From Stegostoma tigrinum (taxonomy: Eukaryota), in contig NC_081358.1 of assembly GCF_030684315.1 (NCBI RefSeq), forward strand, positions 72,167,817 through 72,231,816: a DNA stretch of 64,000 bases, given 5' to 3'. Shown piece by piece: positions 36,701 through 48,700 of this stretch (position 1 is the first letter of the stretch; the number at the start of each line of letters is the position of its first letter). The translations under genes and the position numbers were made by a program. The notes below the pieces were generated by a model. The model saw only the letters and a list, made by a program, of their open reading frames with translations. It was not told the origin of the DNA and did no database searches.

Positions 36701-39700
36701 GCCCTGCTGTATCTACCAAGTATACTTGCTGCTTCTCGTTCTGCTGACTTCATGCACACACTGTTCCCCAGTGCAGTTTCCATTTTCATTATCATGATCT
36801 AAAAAGACAGGTTTGATTGTATTGAGGCATAGCTAAACGTCGACAGTGTTTTGACTTTTCAAGACACCACATCTCCCTTTTTGTATGCATCATCATTTGT
36901 CAATTATAGTGAAGGAAATCCCAGACAGAACAACAAAACTACCTCCTACAAACCATCCTATTTAACTCCCTTGATCTGATGTTCAACACATCATAGCAAG
37001 AGTTTACAGATTTTGTTTCAAGATAGAAATTATCCTTATAGTTGGCTCAGCCACTGAGCTTTCCTTTTGCACTAACTTCCTCAATCCTTCGATCCTTATT
37101 ATTTCCAGCCCAGAATTTTGGGCGAAGATTTTGTTTTGTGGGACAGAACCCAACAATTGAGGTCAACAGCAGCACTCCGCATGCACTGTGTTGGAAGCAT
37201 CAACTTGACATGGATTTGCTTTAATGGCCAAGTAGTGACCAAAGTACATTTAGGAGGGTTTACTGTAGGCCCATTAATACGCAAGCTGCTGTAGCCCACT
37301 GTTGCACTTGGGGGATATAAGGAGAGTCTCCATGTGCATAGCTGAATCAACTTGGGGAACAAAAAGTAAAAGAAAGGTTGCAGCTGCTGAATCTTAAGGG
37401 TGGAATATATAAGGTAGCCTGCTGCTGCAGCTGTGGCCAGGTAGGCTGTAAGAGTCAAAGTCTGGCAGGAATGATGCCCCCCTGGTCTGCTGCTGGACAG
37501 TCATCTCCAGGTAGCAGGTGTGCTTCAGTTGCTGCCAGAGTTCTGAGCCTGACTGAATATTTCTGTCTTCATTTCCTTCCATACTACCTACAACGACTTC
37601 CAGGCAAATGGCTCTGAGTCTAGCAAACAGGCTCACCAAGTGGTGATGGGATATTACAATGCACTTCCCTCTGCTAGCCTATTTGCATTCATATATCAGG
37701 CCAAAAGTCCTGTTCTATATCACAAAGTACATTTCCACATCCAAGTCTATCTCCAAGATACAATTCTTGATCTGGTAATCTCTCAGTTGTCGCAACTGAG
37801 TTACCTGCCTCCATGTAATCATTAGTACTGTTGTAAATAATTCCCTTGATATGGATGCAGCTCCCTTCATTGTTAAAGTCTTACCACTTGTCTCTTCAAG
37901 AGTCTGCTCTTGATTACTCCATCATAAATTATTTGATTTAGACAGATACTTGGAAATATGTTGTAAAGAAAATGTGAGGAGTATGCTGAAGGATGTATGT
38001 AGTTGAGTGGCTTGCAAAATTATGGCAGATGACATATAATAAGGAAGAATGTGAAGTTCACATTTTAGCAGGAACAAAGAAAAAACTAAAGTATTATTTG
38101 CATGTAGAATGACTGCAGAAATCTGAGGCGCAGGGAGATCCATGTGTGTCAAGTACAAGAATTGCAAAAAGCTATGATGCTAGTACTGCACATAAGAAGG
38201 TTATATGGATGTTATCCTTTGTTATGAGGGGAATTCAGCGTAAATGTAAAGATGTAACACTTTATACAGGTCTTCGGGGAGATGACTTCCCAGGATCCTG
38301 AGTGCAGTTTTGGCCACCTTGTTTAAGGAAGGATGAAAATGCATTGGAAATTGTTTAGAGGAAGTTTACAATATTGATAGAGTATTGTTTGTTGTTTACA
38401 ATGTTGATAGCTGGAAGCAGTGAATGTTAGATTGGACAGCTTAGGCTTGTTTCCACTGCAATTTAGAAGAGTAAAAAGTGACTATCTTAAAATCCTGAAT
38501 GGTTTTGTCAAGGTGGGTGTGAAAAAGATATGTACTTTTGTGGATGAATCCAGAACTGGAGGCACTATTTTAAAATTAGAGCTCCCTCTTATAGGACAGA
38601 GATGCAAAGATTGTGGGTGAGGTTGTAACTTGAAACAGAGGCTCAGAAGGTGGTAGACGTGGAGTAATTGAGTAAAGGCAGCAATAGATTCTTGTTACAC
38701 AGGGAATCAAAGGAGTAGATGGGAATGTGGAATTCAAAACGCAAGTAGATCAGCCACAATCATATTGAATAGGCCTGAGGACTGAAGAGTGGCATCTGCT
38801 ACTTCATATGTTCATGTGATTTCTCAGCTCTCAATCTTAGTTTCTTGTTTGAATTACTTCGGTCACGCTTTCACAGTGCTCAAAACTTGTGATTATTTGG
38901 GTCTGTGACACCAATGACTGCTGTAGTTTGTGACTGTAGTTAACAATCCTTTACCTTTCCTAACTTTGCATCTCATTTGGTTTTGTTCCTGTGTGTATGC
39001 TCTGCAGCCCAAATTTTCATTGCTTTTCTCCTTTTCATCGCTTTTCTCCTTTTCATCATTGCTTTGATTGTTTATAGACATCAGGTTTGGATGAAAGTTT
39101 GGAAGGGGGTTAGTGTTTGACAGGGTTGATGCTAAGAGGTTGTTTCCTCTTGTCAGAGAGTCTAAAATCAGAGGCCAAAATCTCAGAATAAGGGGATGCC
39201 CCTTTAATTCAGAGAGAAAGTTGTACAGCATGGAATCAGACCCTTCAGTCTGACTAGTGTATGTGATCCATGTTCCCAAACTAAATTAATCCCACTTGCC
39301 TGTGTTTAGTCCATATCCCCCTAAATCCTTCCTATTTGTGTATTCATCCAAATGTCTTTTAAATGTTGTAACTACCAGCTCTCACCACTTGATATGGCAG
39401 TTCATTACACACACGAACTACTGTCTAGTTAAAAAAAAAATTGCCCTTTGTGCCCTTTTTAAAACTTTCTCCTCTCACCTTAAAAATACACCCCTTAGTC
39501 TTAAACTCCCCCACTCTATGGAAAAGACCCTCGCTAAAAACTTTATCTATGCCCTTTATAAACCTCTATAAGGACACCCCTCAACCTCCTGTGCTCCAGT
39601 GGAAAAAAAAGTCCCAGCCTATTTTTTATAACTCAAATGTTCAATTTCTGGCAACACCCTGTTAAATATTTTCTGAACCCTCTCCAACTTAATAATATCC

Positions 39701-42700
39701 TTCCAACAGTAGAGCAACAGAAGTGCACATAGTATTCCAGAAGAGACCTCACCAATGTCCTGTACAATCTCAGCATGACATCCCAAATCCTATACTCAAT
39801 GGTTTGAGCAATGAACACAAGAGTATCAAATGCCTTCTTGTGACACAACTTTCAAAGAACTATGGTTCAGAGAACTAGGTCTCTGTACCTAGGGGTGTAC
39901 CATTAATTCTACAAGCCCTGGCTTTTTTTTTACAGAAATACAATACCTCACATTTATTCAAATTAACTCCTCAGCCTATAAACCCAATTGATCAAGGTTT
40001 GTTTGTAATCCTAGATCATTTTCACTGTCCACTACACCATCAATTTTGATGTCATCCACAAACTTACTAACCATGCTTCCTAAATCCTCATCCAAATCAT
40101 TTACATAAATGACAAACACAACTGGATCCACATCGTTGGTCATGAGGCTCCAGTCTGAAAAACAATTCTCCATCACCACCCTTGGCCTCCTATTGTCAAG
40201 CCAATTTTGTATACAGTTGGCAAGCTCACCTTAAATTCCATGTGATCTAACTTTATTATTTAGTGTATCATGTGGAACCTTATCCAAGGCTTTACTAAAG
40301 TCCAAGTGAACAACATCTACTGTGCCGTCCAGTTTCTTCACTTGATGGTAGTGAATCTGTGGAATTCTTTGCAGCAAGGGGCTGTCGTGGTTGGGTTATG
40401 AAGTATATTCAAGGCTGGGATGGTTTATGGGGAAAAGGCAGGAGAGTGAATTTGAGGGTTAACACATCTGCTGTAATCTCATTGAATAGCAGAACAGACT
40501 CAGTGATCTGAATGGCCTACTTCTACTTATCCTGTGGTGCTATTAGCCAGCCTTTTATCCAATATCGTATAGCAACAGCAGGAAAGATTTCTTTGGTTCC
40601 TTCGGAAATTGTCTTTTGAGGTGACACTGTCCTTCTTCACGTGTCTCGTTCCTTTGGTGGTGGCAAAGTCGATAGTTAGGTCAGTCTTACCCTGAGGATC
40701 CCACTCCATCAATGTTTTTCTCTCTTGCTACTTCCCTGCTGTTTTTCTAAACTCTTCCTTTTGTCATCTTTCTAATCATCTTTATTATGGCCAGAATCAG
40801 TATATCGCCTTGTAAAACATCAGTAGAGGACCTACTGCTGTTTTCTCCTGTTTCATACCCATCTTGCTCTGCAACAGGCCACTGAAAAATTTGAGAGTGG
40901 AATAATATGAAACACTAATATTCCCCATTTCTGCTGGGAAAATAATGCCATATTTCTGTCACTGTCTGCAGTTGAAAAGTGAATCTGGGGACCTGGGGTT
41001 CTAACCCATGTTTTTCATTAAATGACAGAGACAATTGATTTAGCTTGATGTGAGTTTGCAGCATTTGGTCTTTGCTACTGTACTGAATTTGGGAAACTCA
41101 TTTCATTCACTCTTTGAAATGTATGAACAGCCCCCTTTTTTTAAATAAATGTATCTATCAATTTTTTTGTTCAAGTGAAAAGACAATTGACAATGTGAGA
41201 AGTTTGAAGAGATGTTTATAGATAGGGTGGTAGTGGGGCTTTTGGGTGTTGGTTACTACTGTGAAGATTTTTTTAAAAAGGGCTAGATCAGCGTGCTTCT
41301 GGAACTTTAGTATTTTGTCAGGAAGCAAGTGACTGCAGACCTCTTGTAGTGTTGATGAAAGGACATTTATACCTTTTGTCTCTTGCAGGTAGGGTAAACG
41401 TGTTTTGTTTTGTTTTCAGTTCAGAGAAATCTAGGAGCGAGAAAGTTTTTAATTCCATTTGGAGGGCATCATTGTTAAGTTTAGAAGTAAGTTTAGTTTC
41501 TCTCTCGGGAAGTAGATCAGGCCAATTCAGGGAATAAGTCACCTTAGCTGAAAGATTTAATTGATAAAACTTTAACACAGGAGAGTTTAGTTAGAAATCT
41601 GCAGGAAATTAAAGTTGTTTAGGCTGTCATTTTTGGGGAAAAGTTCATGTCGACAGATTTGAAAAGGACTTATTGAGTTGTCCCCACAGTCCATGGTGAA
41701 GAAAATGTGAGGAGTTTGGAGAGTTCTGTAATTTCACTGGACTCGAGTTTCTATAATGCTTCTATAGTGTTTGGGTAACAGGTTGTAACATTGTTTGGCT
41801 GCATAATTTAAAATCATTCTAACTTTTTTCTATATGCAGATATTTGGATTGTCTATTTATTTCTTCTGTAACAAATTGTTATTTTTTAAAAAATCCTTGT
41901 GTGAATATGTTTGTGAATTACTACCAGGGTAACTAATTAAACAAAAAAACACATAATTATGACTGAACAAGCCAGGTTTCATTCTGGAATCTGTCTTGAC
42001 CTGTAATACCATCAGCCAGTATCATAATATTAGATCAAAGAAACATTAGTAAATAACTAAGAGTCCTACAGCAAGTTACCTGAAGCAACTGATGGTGACT
42101 ATTGGAAAATGAATCACCAATATTATCACAAAATTTAATGTTGATACAACAGTTTGTAACTATGACTTGTTGACTAAGCTGTCTGTAGTTGCACTGATGA
42201 ATTCAAATTTTCCCTAAGCCCTAATTTGCTATTACAATACTGAGTAAATTGATTGAATGTTTCAAAGTTAGGATAAGTACTCAGCTAGTACTAACAACTG
42301 TTGTCATTTTTCAAATGAATGCACGTACTTTTCTGTGATGAATAATTTGTGTTTCTTTTGTTAGTGTATTCTCACATTTCCTTTGTTTATACGCAGCCCT
42401 ACACAGTTCATTGGTGTTCTCAAAGGATAAAGGACTATTGATCTTCCTTCGAAAATCATTAAGCAATGAAGAGGTAAGTTTTCCATCACGGAAAGCTATG
42501 TATTCATGTAACGCCTTTCATATGTGCTGAATTTGCCAAAGAGCCTGATAGCCTGTGTTATTAGCTGTAATTAAGGAAATGTGGCAACCTCCTACAAACA
42601 GCCGTGTGGTACTAACCAGGTAATCTCTTTTAGAGATTAATATTAATCAGAACACCAGAAGGACCAGCTTTTTTCTAATATTCATCTCTAGGATGAGGGC

Positions 42701-45700
42701 GTCACTGACTAGGCTAGCATTTATTGTCCTTCACTAATTTCCCAGAGGGTAGTTAAGAGTCAACCACATTATTGAGGGTCTGGAGTCACATGTAGGCTAG
42801 GCCAGACCAGACGAGATAAGGATGACGGTTTCCTTCCCTAAAGGACATTAGTGGACAGATTGGTATTTTTGACCATTGACAATGCATTCATGGTCTTTGT
42901 TAAACTCCTAATTCCAGAAATTTATTGAATTCACATTCAGCATATGCTGTATACGGATTTGAACCTGGGTCCTCAGAACATTACCTGGGTCTCTGGATTA
43001 ACAGTCAAGCAATAATGGCATTAGATCATTGTCCCCCCTTCTTCAGGATAAAGCCACAGAATCTTTCATATCCACCTGACAGAGCAGGCAAGGCCTCATT
43101 TAACTAATAAAGGTATAATACTGCAGATTCTGGAAATCTGAAACAAATACTGAGAATGTAGGAGAAGACCAGCAGGTCTGGCAGCATCTGTGAAGACACA
43201 AAAACTGAGTTAATGTTTTGAGTTCAGTATGAGCCTTCTTCAGAAGTTCTGAAGAAAAATCACACTGAACTCAAAATGTTAACTGTTTCTGTCTCCATCA
43301 ATGGTACTACACTGATAGGTTTCTCCAGCATTTTTTGTGTTCGTCCTTGATTCAACTTGGTGTTTGAAAGCTGATTATGCAGTACTCCCCCAATACTTCA
43401 CTGAGGTGAAAACAAAAAATGATGGAGATCATCAGAGACTGATAAAGAGTCATCTAGACTCAAAACATTAGCTTGCTCTCTCTCCATGGATGCTGCGTGA
43501 CATGCTGTGATCTCCAGCATTTTTTGTTTTCAGCACAGATTCCAGCATGTGCAGTAGTTTGCTCCTGCTTCACTGAAGTGTAAGCCTAGGGTTTATGCTC
43601 AAGTCCCTGGAGTGAGATTTGAGTTCAGAACCTTCAGTTTCCTAAATGTGGATTCTATTTCTCCGTGACTCTGTCTTTGCGTCTGCGAAGCTGTATTCTT
43701 CCTTTCTCTGTCTGGATGGCCAGCGGGTCTCTGCCTCTTGTCATGCTGGTCTCCTCTGAAGGTGTTTTTTTTAAATTTCAAAAATATACTTTATTCATAA
43801 AAAATCTTTGTACATATACATTGACACAAAAGCAGTTTGGTTCTGCACAGTTGCAAATCAAATAAACACAAAACATTGGAGTTTGACTATTTACAAAACC
43901 AACTGCTAAATCTGTTCTTAACAGTTTTTAGTTTTAAAAATATATTATGTAATATATTAAGAAACTCTCATTTGACTTCCAGTTTCGGGATTGTAGAGAA
44001 GAAGTTTTGAAGTTAATTACTGCGTTTGTTGAAAAGATTAAAGAGACAGTCGGACCATATGCTCTTGACATCAAGGTAGGGGACTTCTGTCTTGCAATTT
44101 CTGAACGAACCTGTGAATATGCACTCAGTTGAGTATAACATAATATGTGTAGTTTGGCAGCATGCTTAGAGAATGAAAATAATCAGCTTTGGTTTTGGAG
44201 TCTTTTTAAATAACTTTAATTTTTACAGTGTGGGAAGTTACTGTGAAATACTCCATAGTGTAACTAAGCAGTCTAGAGTGTAAATATAATCTGCTCATTA
44301 ATAAATAGTGCATAAAGAGTCACCTGATGAATTTAGAAGTAAAGATGTGATCTACTGTCCCTTGTGAATATGAAGTTCACCAACAAAACCAAGGTATCTA
44401 CAGGAATACCACAATTTTGAAATAGGAAGGATCAATTTATTTGATTGTGAAGTGTTTCACAGTCATATCTCTGGAAATGTAGTTTGTTGACTGGTGTCTC
44501 TTTAAACAAGTTACAGCCAACTCTGCCCATAATGTTATGAATGAATTTGCCCAGGAGTGTCAATACTGAAGCAGTCAAATCAATATGATTACAAGCTGCT
44601 ACCAAAGCAAAACAGTCCCACTTTATATTAGGAAGAAAGTTTCAATAATCGTTAATACAAAACATATTATCCATAATCCTGTTTAGCCCCTTAAGGTTAC
44701 TATACTTGCTGAGTCTCTTGTAAATTCACACAGTCGCTGTCTCTGTGACTCTGTCTTTGTGTCTGCGAAGCTGTATTCTTCCTTTCTCTTTCTGGATGGT
44801 CAGCTGGTCTCATCCGAAGGTGTTTTTTTAAATTTCAAAAATATACTTTATTCATAAAAAATCTTTGTATGTGTATGTTGACACAAAAGCAGTTTAGTTC
44901 TGCACAGTTGCAAATCAAGTAAACACAAAACAATGGAGTTTGACTATTCACAAAACCAAAGACCTCTCTTACACATGAATCACTAATATTTACATACTTT
45001 TGGCACACTAGGAGGGTCCGACAATCGAGCAGACCCCCATTTACCTTCAGCAGTGGTCTTTCCCTGCTGCCCCAAGCTTCATTGCGTGTCTCAGCACAAA
45101 GTACTGGACCTTGGAATGCGCCAGTCTGTAACTCTCAGCTGGGGTCAACTCCTTGTTCTGGGACACCACCAAAGTTCAGGCAGACCAAAAGGCATGTTTC
45201 ACCTTGTTGATGGTCCTGCAGACACAGTTGAAATTTGTCTTGGTGTGCAACCCAGGGAACATATGGTACAGCACAGAGTCCCATGTCATGGAGCTTCTTG
45301 GGATGAACCTAGACACAAACTGTTGCACCTCTCTCCAGACTTCCTTTACATAGGCGCATTCCAGAAGGTGATGAGTGACAGTCTCACCCCCTCCACAGCC
45401 ACTGCTGCATGCAGTGGTGCAGGCTGACCGGGTGTACATAAAAGATCTGGGAAAGTAGTGCCCTTCTCACCACAAGCTAAGCGATATCTTAGTGCTTCTT
45501 GGAAAGTTCTCGTGATGAGACATTCTGTTAAATGACATTGACAGTCTGCTCAGGGATCCACGCAATGGGGTCTACCTTCACCTTGTCCTGCAGGGTCTCG
45601 AGGACGCTACATGCTGACCACTTCCTGATGGACTTGTGGTCAAAGGTGTTTTTTTTTGTAATTTTTCTGTGAAGGGCAGGTGATCTGGAACAGTTCAACT

Positions 45701-48700
45701 ATTTGGAGCGTTCTGCAGCAGCGAGGCCAGCCACATCCTTCGCAATACCAGGGACAGATATGTAGTGACACTTGGTGTTTGTGTACAGAGGGTCTATGCA
45801 CAGCTTGATGCAGCCCCATTATCTAGAGATTTTTGCATGCAGACCCAATCTATGTTAGGCTTCCTGAAGAAACAGATGATGTCTCAGGTGACTGAAACAG
45901 CACAGTTTTGGGGGAATGGGCTAAACCTGTGCTACGTACATCAACAGAGAGAGTGCCTCATACCTGATAACCAGGTTTTACCCACATTGGAGAGGGAGCA
46001 ATGCTCCCAAAGTGCCAGCTTCAGCTTCACCTTGGTGGTGCATTCCTCCAGAGCTTTTGCGCATGTCCCGACCCCCTGAACCATATTCCCAGCACCTCCA
46101 GGTAACCTGTCCTGACGGTGAAGGGGATGAATGATCAGTTCTCAGTTCGCAAAGAACATGGCCTCGCACTTTCCCTGAGGCCAGGTTGAACTGGTCACAG
46201 ATGTTTGTGTGTCTGCGCACTGACAGCAGATCCAAGAAGAAAATGACAATGTCATCCATGTAGAGGAAGGCTTGGACTTGCAGGCCTCCACTTCCTGAAA
46301 TAGTCACTTCTCTCAGGCTCAGCTCCTGCCTGATGGACTCTGCAAAAGGCTCTATACAACACATCAATAAGGCAGGAGAGAGTGGGCAGCCCTGTCTGAC
46401 TCCAGATCTAATCGGGAAGCTTTCTGATTTCCACGCATTGATTGAAACTGTGCTAACAATGTTGGTGTAGAACAGTCAGATCCAATTGCAGCAGCCAATA
46501 TCTTTGCTAAAAGCAGAATATAAACTCCTTTTTAAGGTAATTGCCAACTAGGTCAGGTCTGCTGTGGGATCAGTAATTCACCCTGACTAAATCTGTGCTC
46601 TGCCAGGCAGGAAGATCACTGAGACTCTCATGCTACCTACGTACAGGACAGGGGTGTGGACACCTGCCTCATCAGCTTGGATCAGGAGAAGGTCTTCGAC
46701 AGGTTACCGCACACGTACATGAGAGATGTTCTTTCCAAAATAGGCTTTGAGGAGGGGGTCTGCAATTGGATCCGACTGCTCTACACCAATATCGTTAGAG
46801 CAGTCTCAATCAATGGGTGGAGATCAGAAAGCTTCCCAATCAGATCTGATGTCAGGCAGGACTGATATTCTCCTGCCTTGTTTGTATGTCGTGCAGAGCC
46901 TTTTGCTGAGTCCATTAGGAAGGATGAGAGCCTGAGAGTGGTGACTCTTCCAGGCAGGGGAGGCCTGCAGGTCAAAGCCTCCCTGCAGGCAGGAGACATC
47001 TGCAGCTTGGAACCCATAGAAATCCAAGAGGATTCTGTTCACGAAGAACATCCAGTTGATAGACGATCCTTCCTCTGCTTTCTTGACAATCACCCTGACT
47101 GTGTTCTGGTCTCCCTGGCCTGGGGCATGAGTGGTTGCTAAGGCCATAGCTCTAGGTTGGCTTTTCGGGGAACTGTCCTTAGGTTCAAGCCAGCATAAAA
47201 ATCAACTAATAGCAGGTCAGCTCAATCAATGATTCTCCAATGTCCAATCACAGTCTCGATCCAGCGATGACCTCAATAGCTGTGATGATTCGCAACTTAA
47301 TCAAAATGTCTCCCCTGCCAGGTAAGAACAAAACTACACTTGATCTTAACTAAAAGGGCAAGAAGCCTCAGACGATCCCAAGAGGTTCTGAGAGCTTCCA
47401 GGATAAAGGTCTGCAGGTGAATCCTGTTTTTATACCTTTTAGATGGTTTTCTGGAACTTTCTGTAGGACTGGCCTTCAGAGAGGTACGCTTAATCCTTTG
47501 AAACTAGAATCAGTCATTTAGATAGCGTGTTACTGGTAGTGGTTTGCATAGCAGGACTCAGTGCCTTTCAGTCTGAGCTGTCCTTTGTTTGGTGATAAAT
47601 TGTTGGGTTATGTCTGTCCAGAATAACTGTTGACTTTAACTTACGCTAATGTCATTAGCACCCGATAGCTGTGTTTGCATTGTGCCTGGTGTGCCGATTT
47701 TGCGATTTCAGAGTTGGCCAATGTACCCATCATCCCTTGCTGTTTGGCCAAGTTAGCAATCTATCTGAATTTTGGCAGCCATGAGGCTGCTACAGTTTGT
47801 GTCTGTAAAATTACTAAGCCTAGATAATTCAATTTTGTCAGAAACATTTTCTGTTAATAAAATGGATCTGTTCCTGTCATCTCTGCTAAAATAGAACGTG
47901 CATGCTTCAGTTTCTTTTCTTGAAATGTTTTCTTCATGTCTTGGAAATATCCTGAGTAATGTCATTAGATTTTTAATGGTGGTGTATTATTGTTTACTTG
48001 GGAGTCCCGAGTTGCTGTGACCACCTGCATTTTTGCATTCTGCTTGTAATCTAGAGCTCATGGTTGTAGAGTCTCCAATGTCTTTTCCATCAAATGTCTG
48101 AGCAGGAAGCTGTCCCACCATCACTGCCTGCCTATGCTGTGTTTTGTAAGGATTTTCTGATTGTTATGCAATCTCTTTAGCTGCGTTATAAATACAGTGA
48201 ATTGAAGAAAAAAACAGGAAAGCCTTGAGACACTATTCTGTGCTTGTATACTGGAATGCTACGAAAATATGTGATTGCGTGAGAAAGAGAATTATGAATG
48301 TTTATTGTCTTTTCTTTAGGATGTGTGTCTTGTGATGTACACCAAGGAAAGGGCTGCAAAATGTAAGGTTGCTGCCTTAGACCTCCTCCTTGTGGTAGGA
48401 TCATTTTGCCTCATTCGATTCATTGTTAGGAGTGTGCGGGCAATCAGCTATTTGAATTTTAAAGAATTTCTTTTGAAAAATACTAAGTATGAATTGTAGT
48501 TAATGAATGTTAATCTTTGACACTGGACATGCATCATCTCATTTAGGTGTGATGAACATAAACATGTTAATATTAGTTTAGTTAAGTTGGCTGCTTCTGG
48601 TTTAGAAGATTATGCATTCAATCACACGATTTAGGATGATAATTCAATGAAATCCTTGGGAAACACTGCATTATTAGATAAATTGCTTACCAATTTCAGT

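Larger units (their letters stand above)
44823..47409 (-). mobile_element. L1/Tx1-clade non-LTR retrotransposon, internally deleted and inverted
   Basis: 5' leader and ORF1 start ([19 protein letters not shown]); RT YMDD (45978-46367); C-terminal [16 protein letters not shown]; AATAAA plus poly(A) at about 44823-44852; inverted RT block 46490-46988; candidate TSD TCCGAAGGTG 44813-44822 / TCTGCAGGTG 47410-47419. Confidence 0.85.

Noticed and set aside
41150-42030. Possible solo LTR (also 13935-15566, 47420-47800, 59590-60560)
   Set aside because: Impression from composition only; no paired LTR, TSD or primer-binding site that I could verify.
47300-47366. Functional U1 or U2 snRNA gene
   Set aside because: Only 5' fragments are present, with no Sm site or 3' stem-loops, embedded in a retroelement leader.
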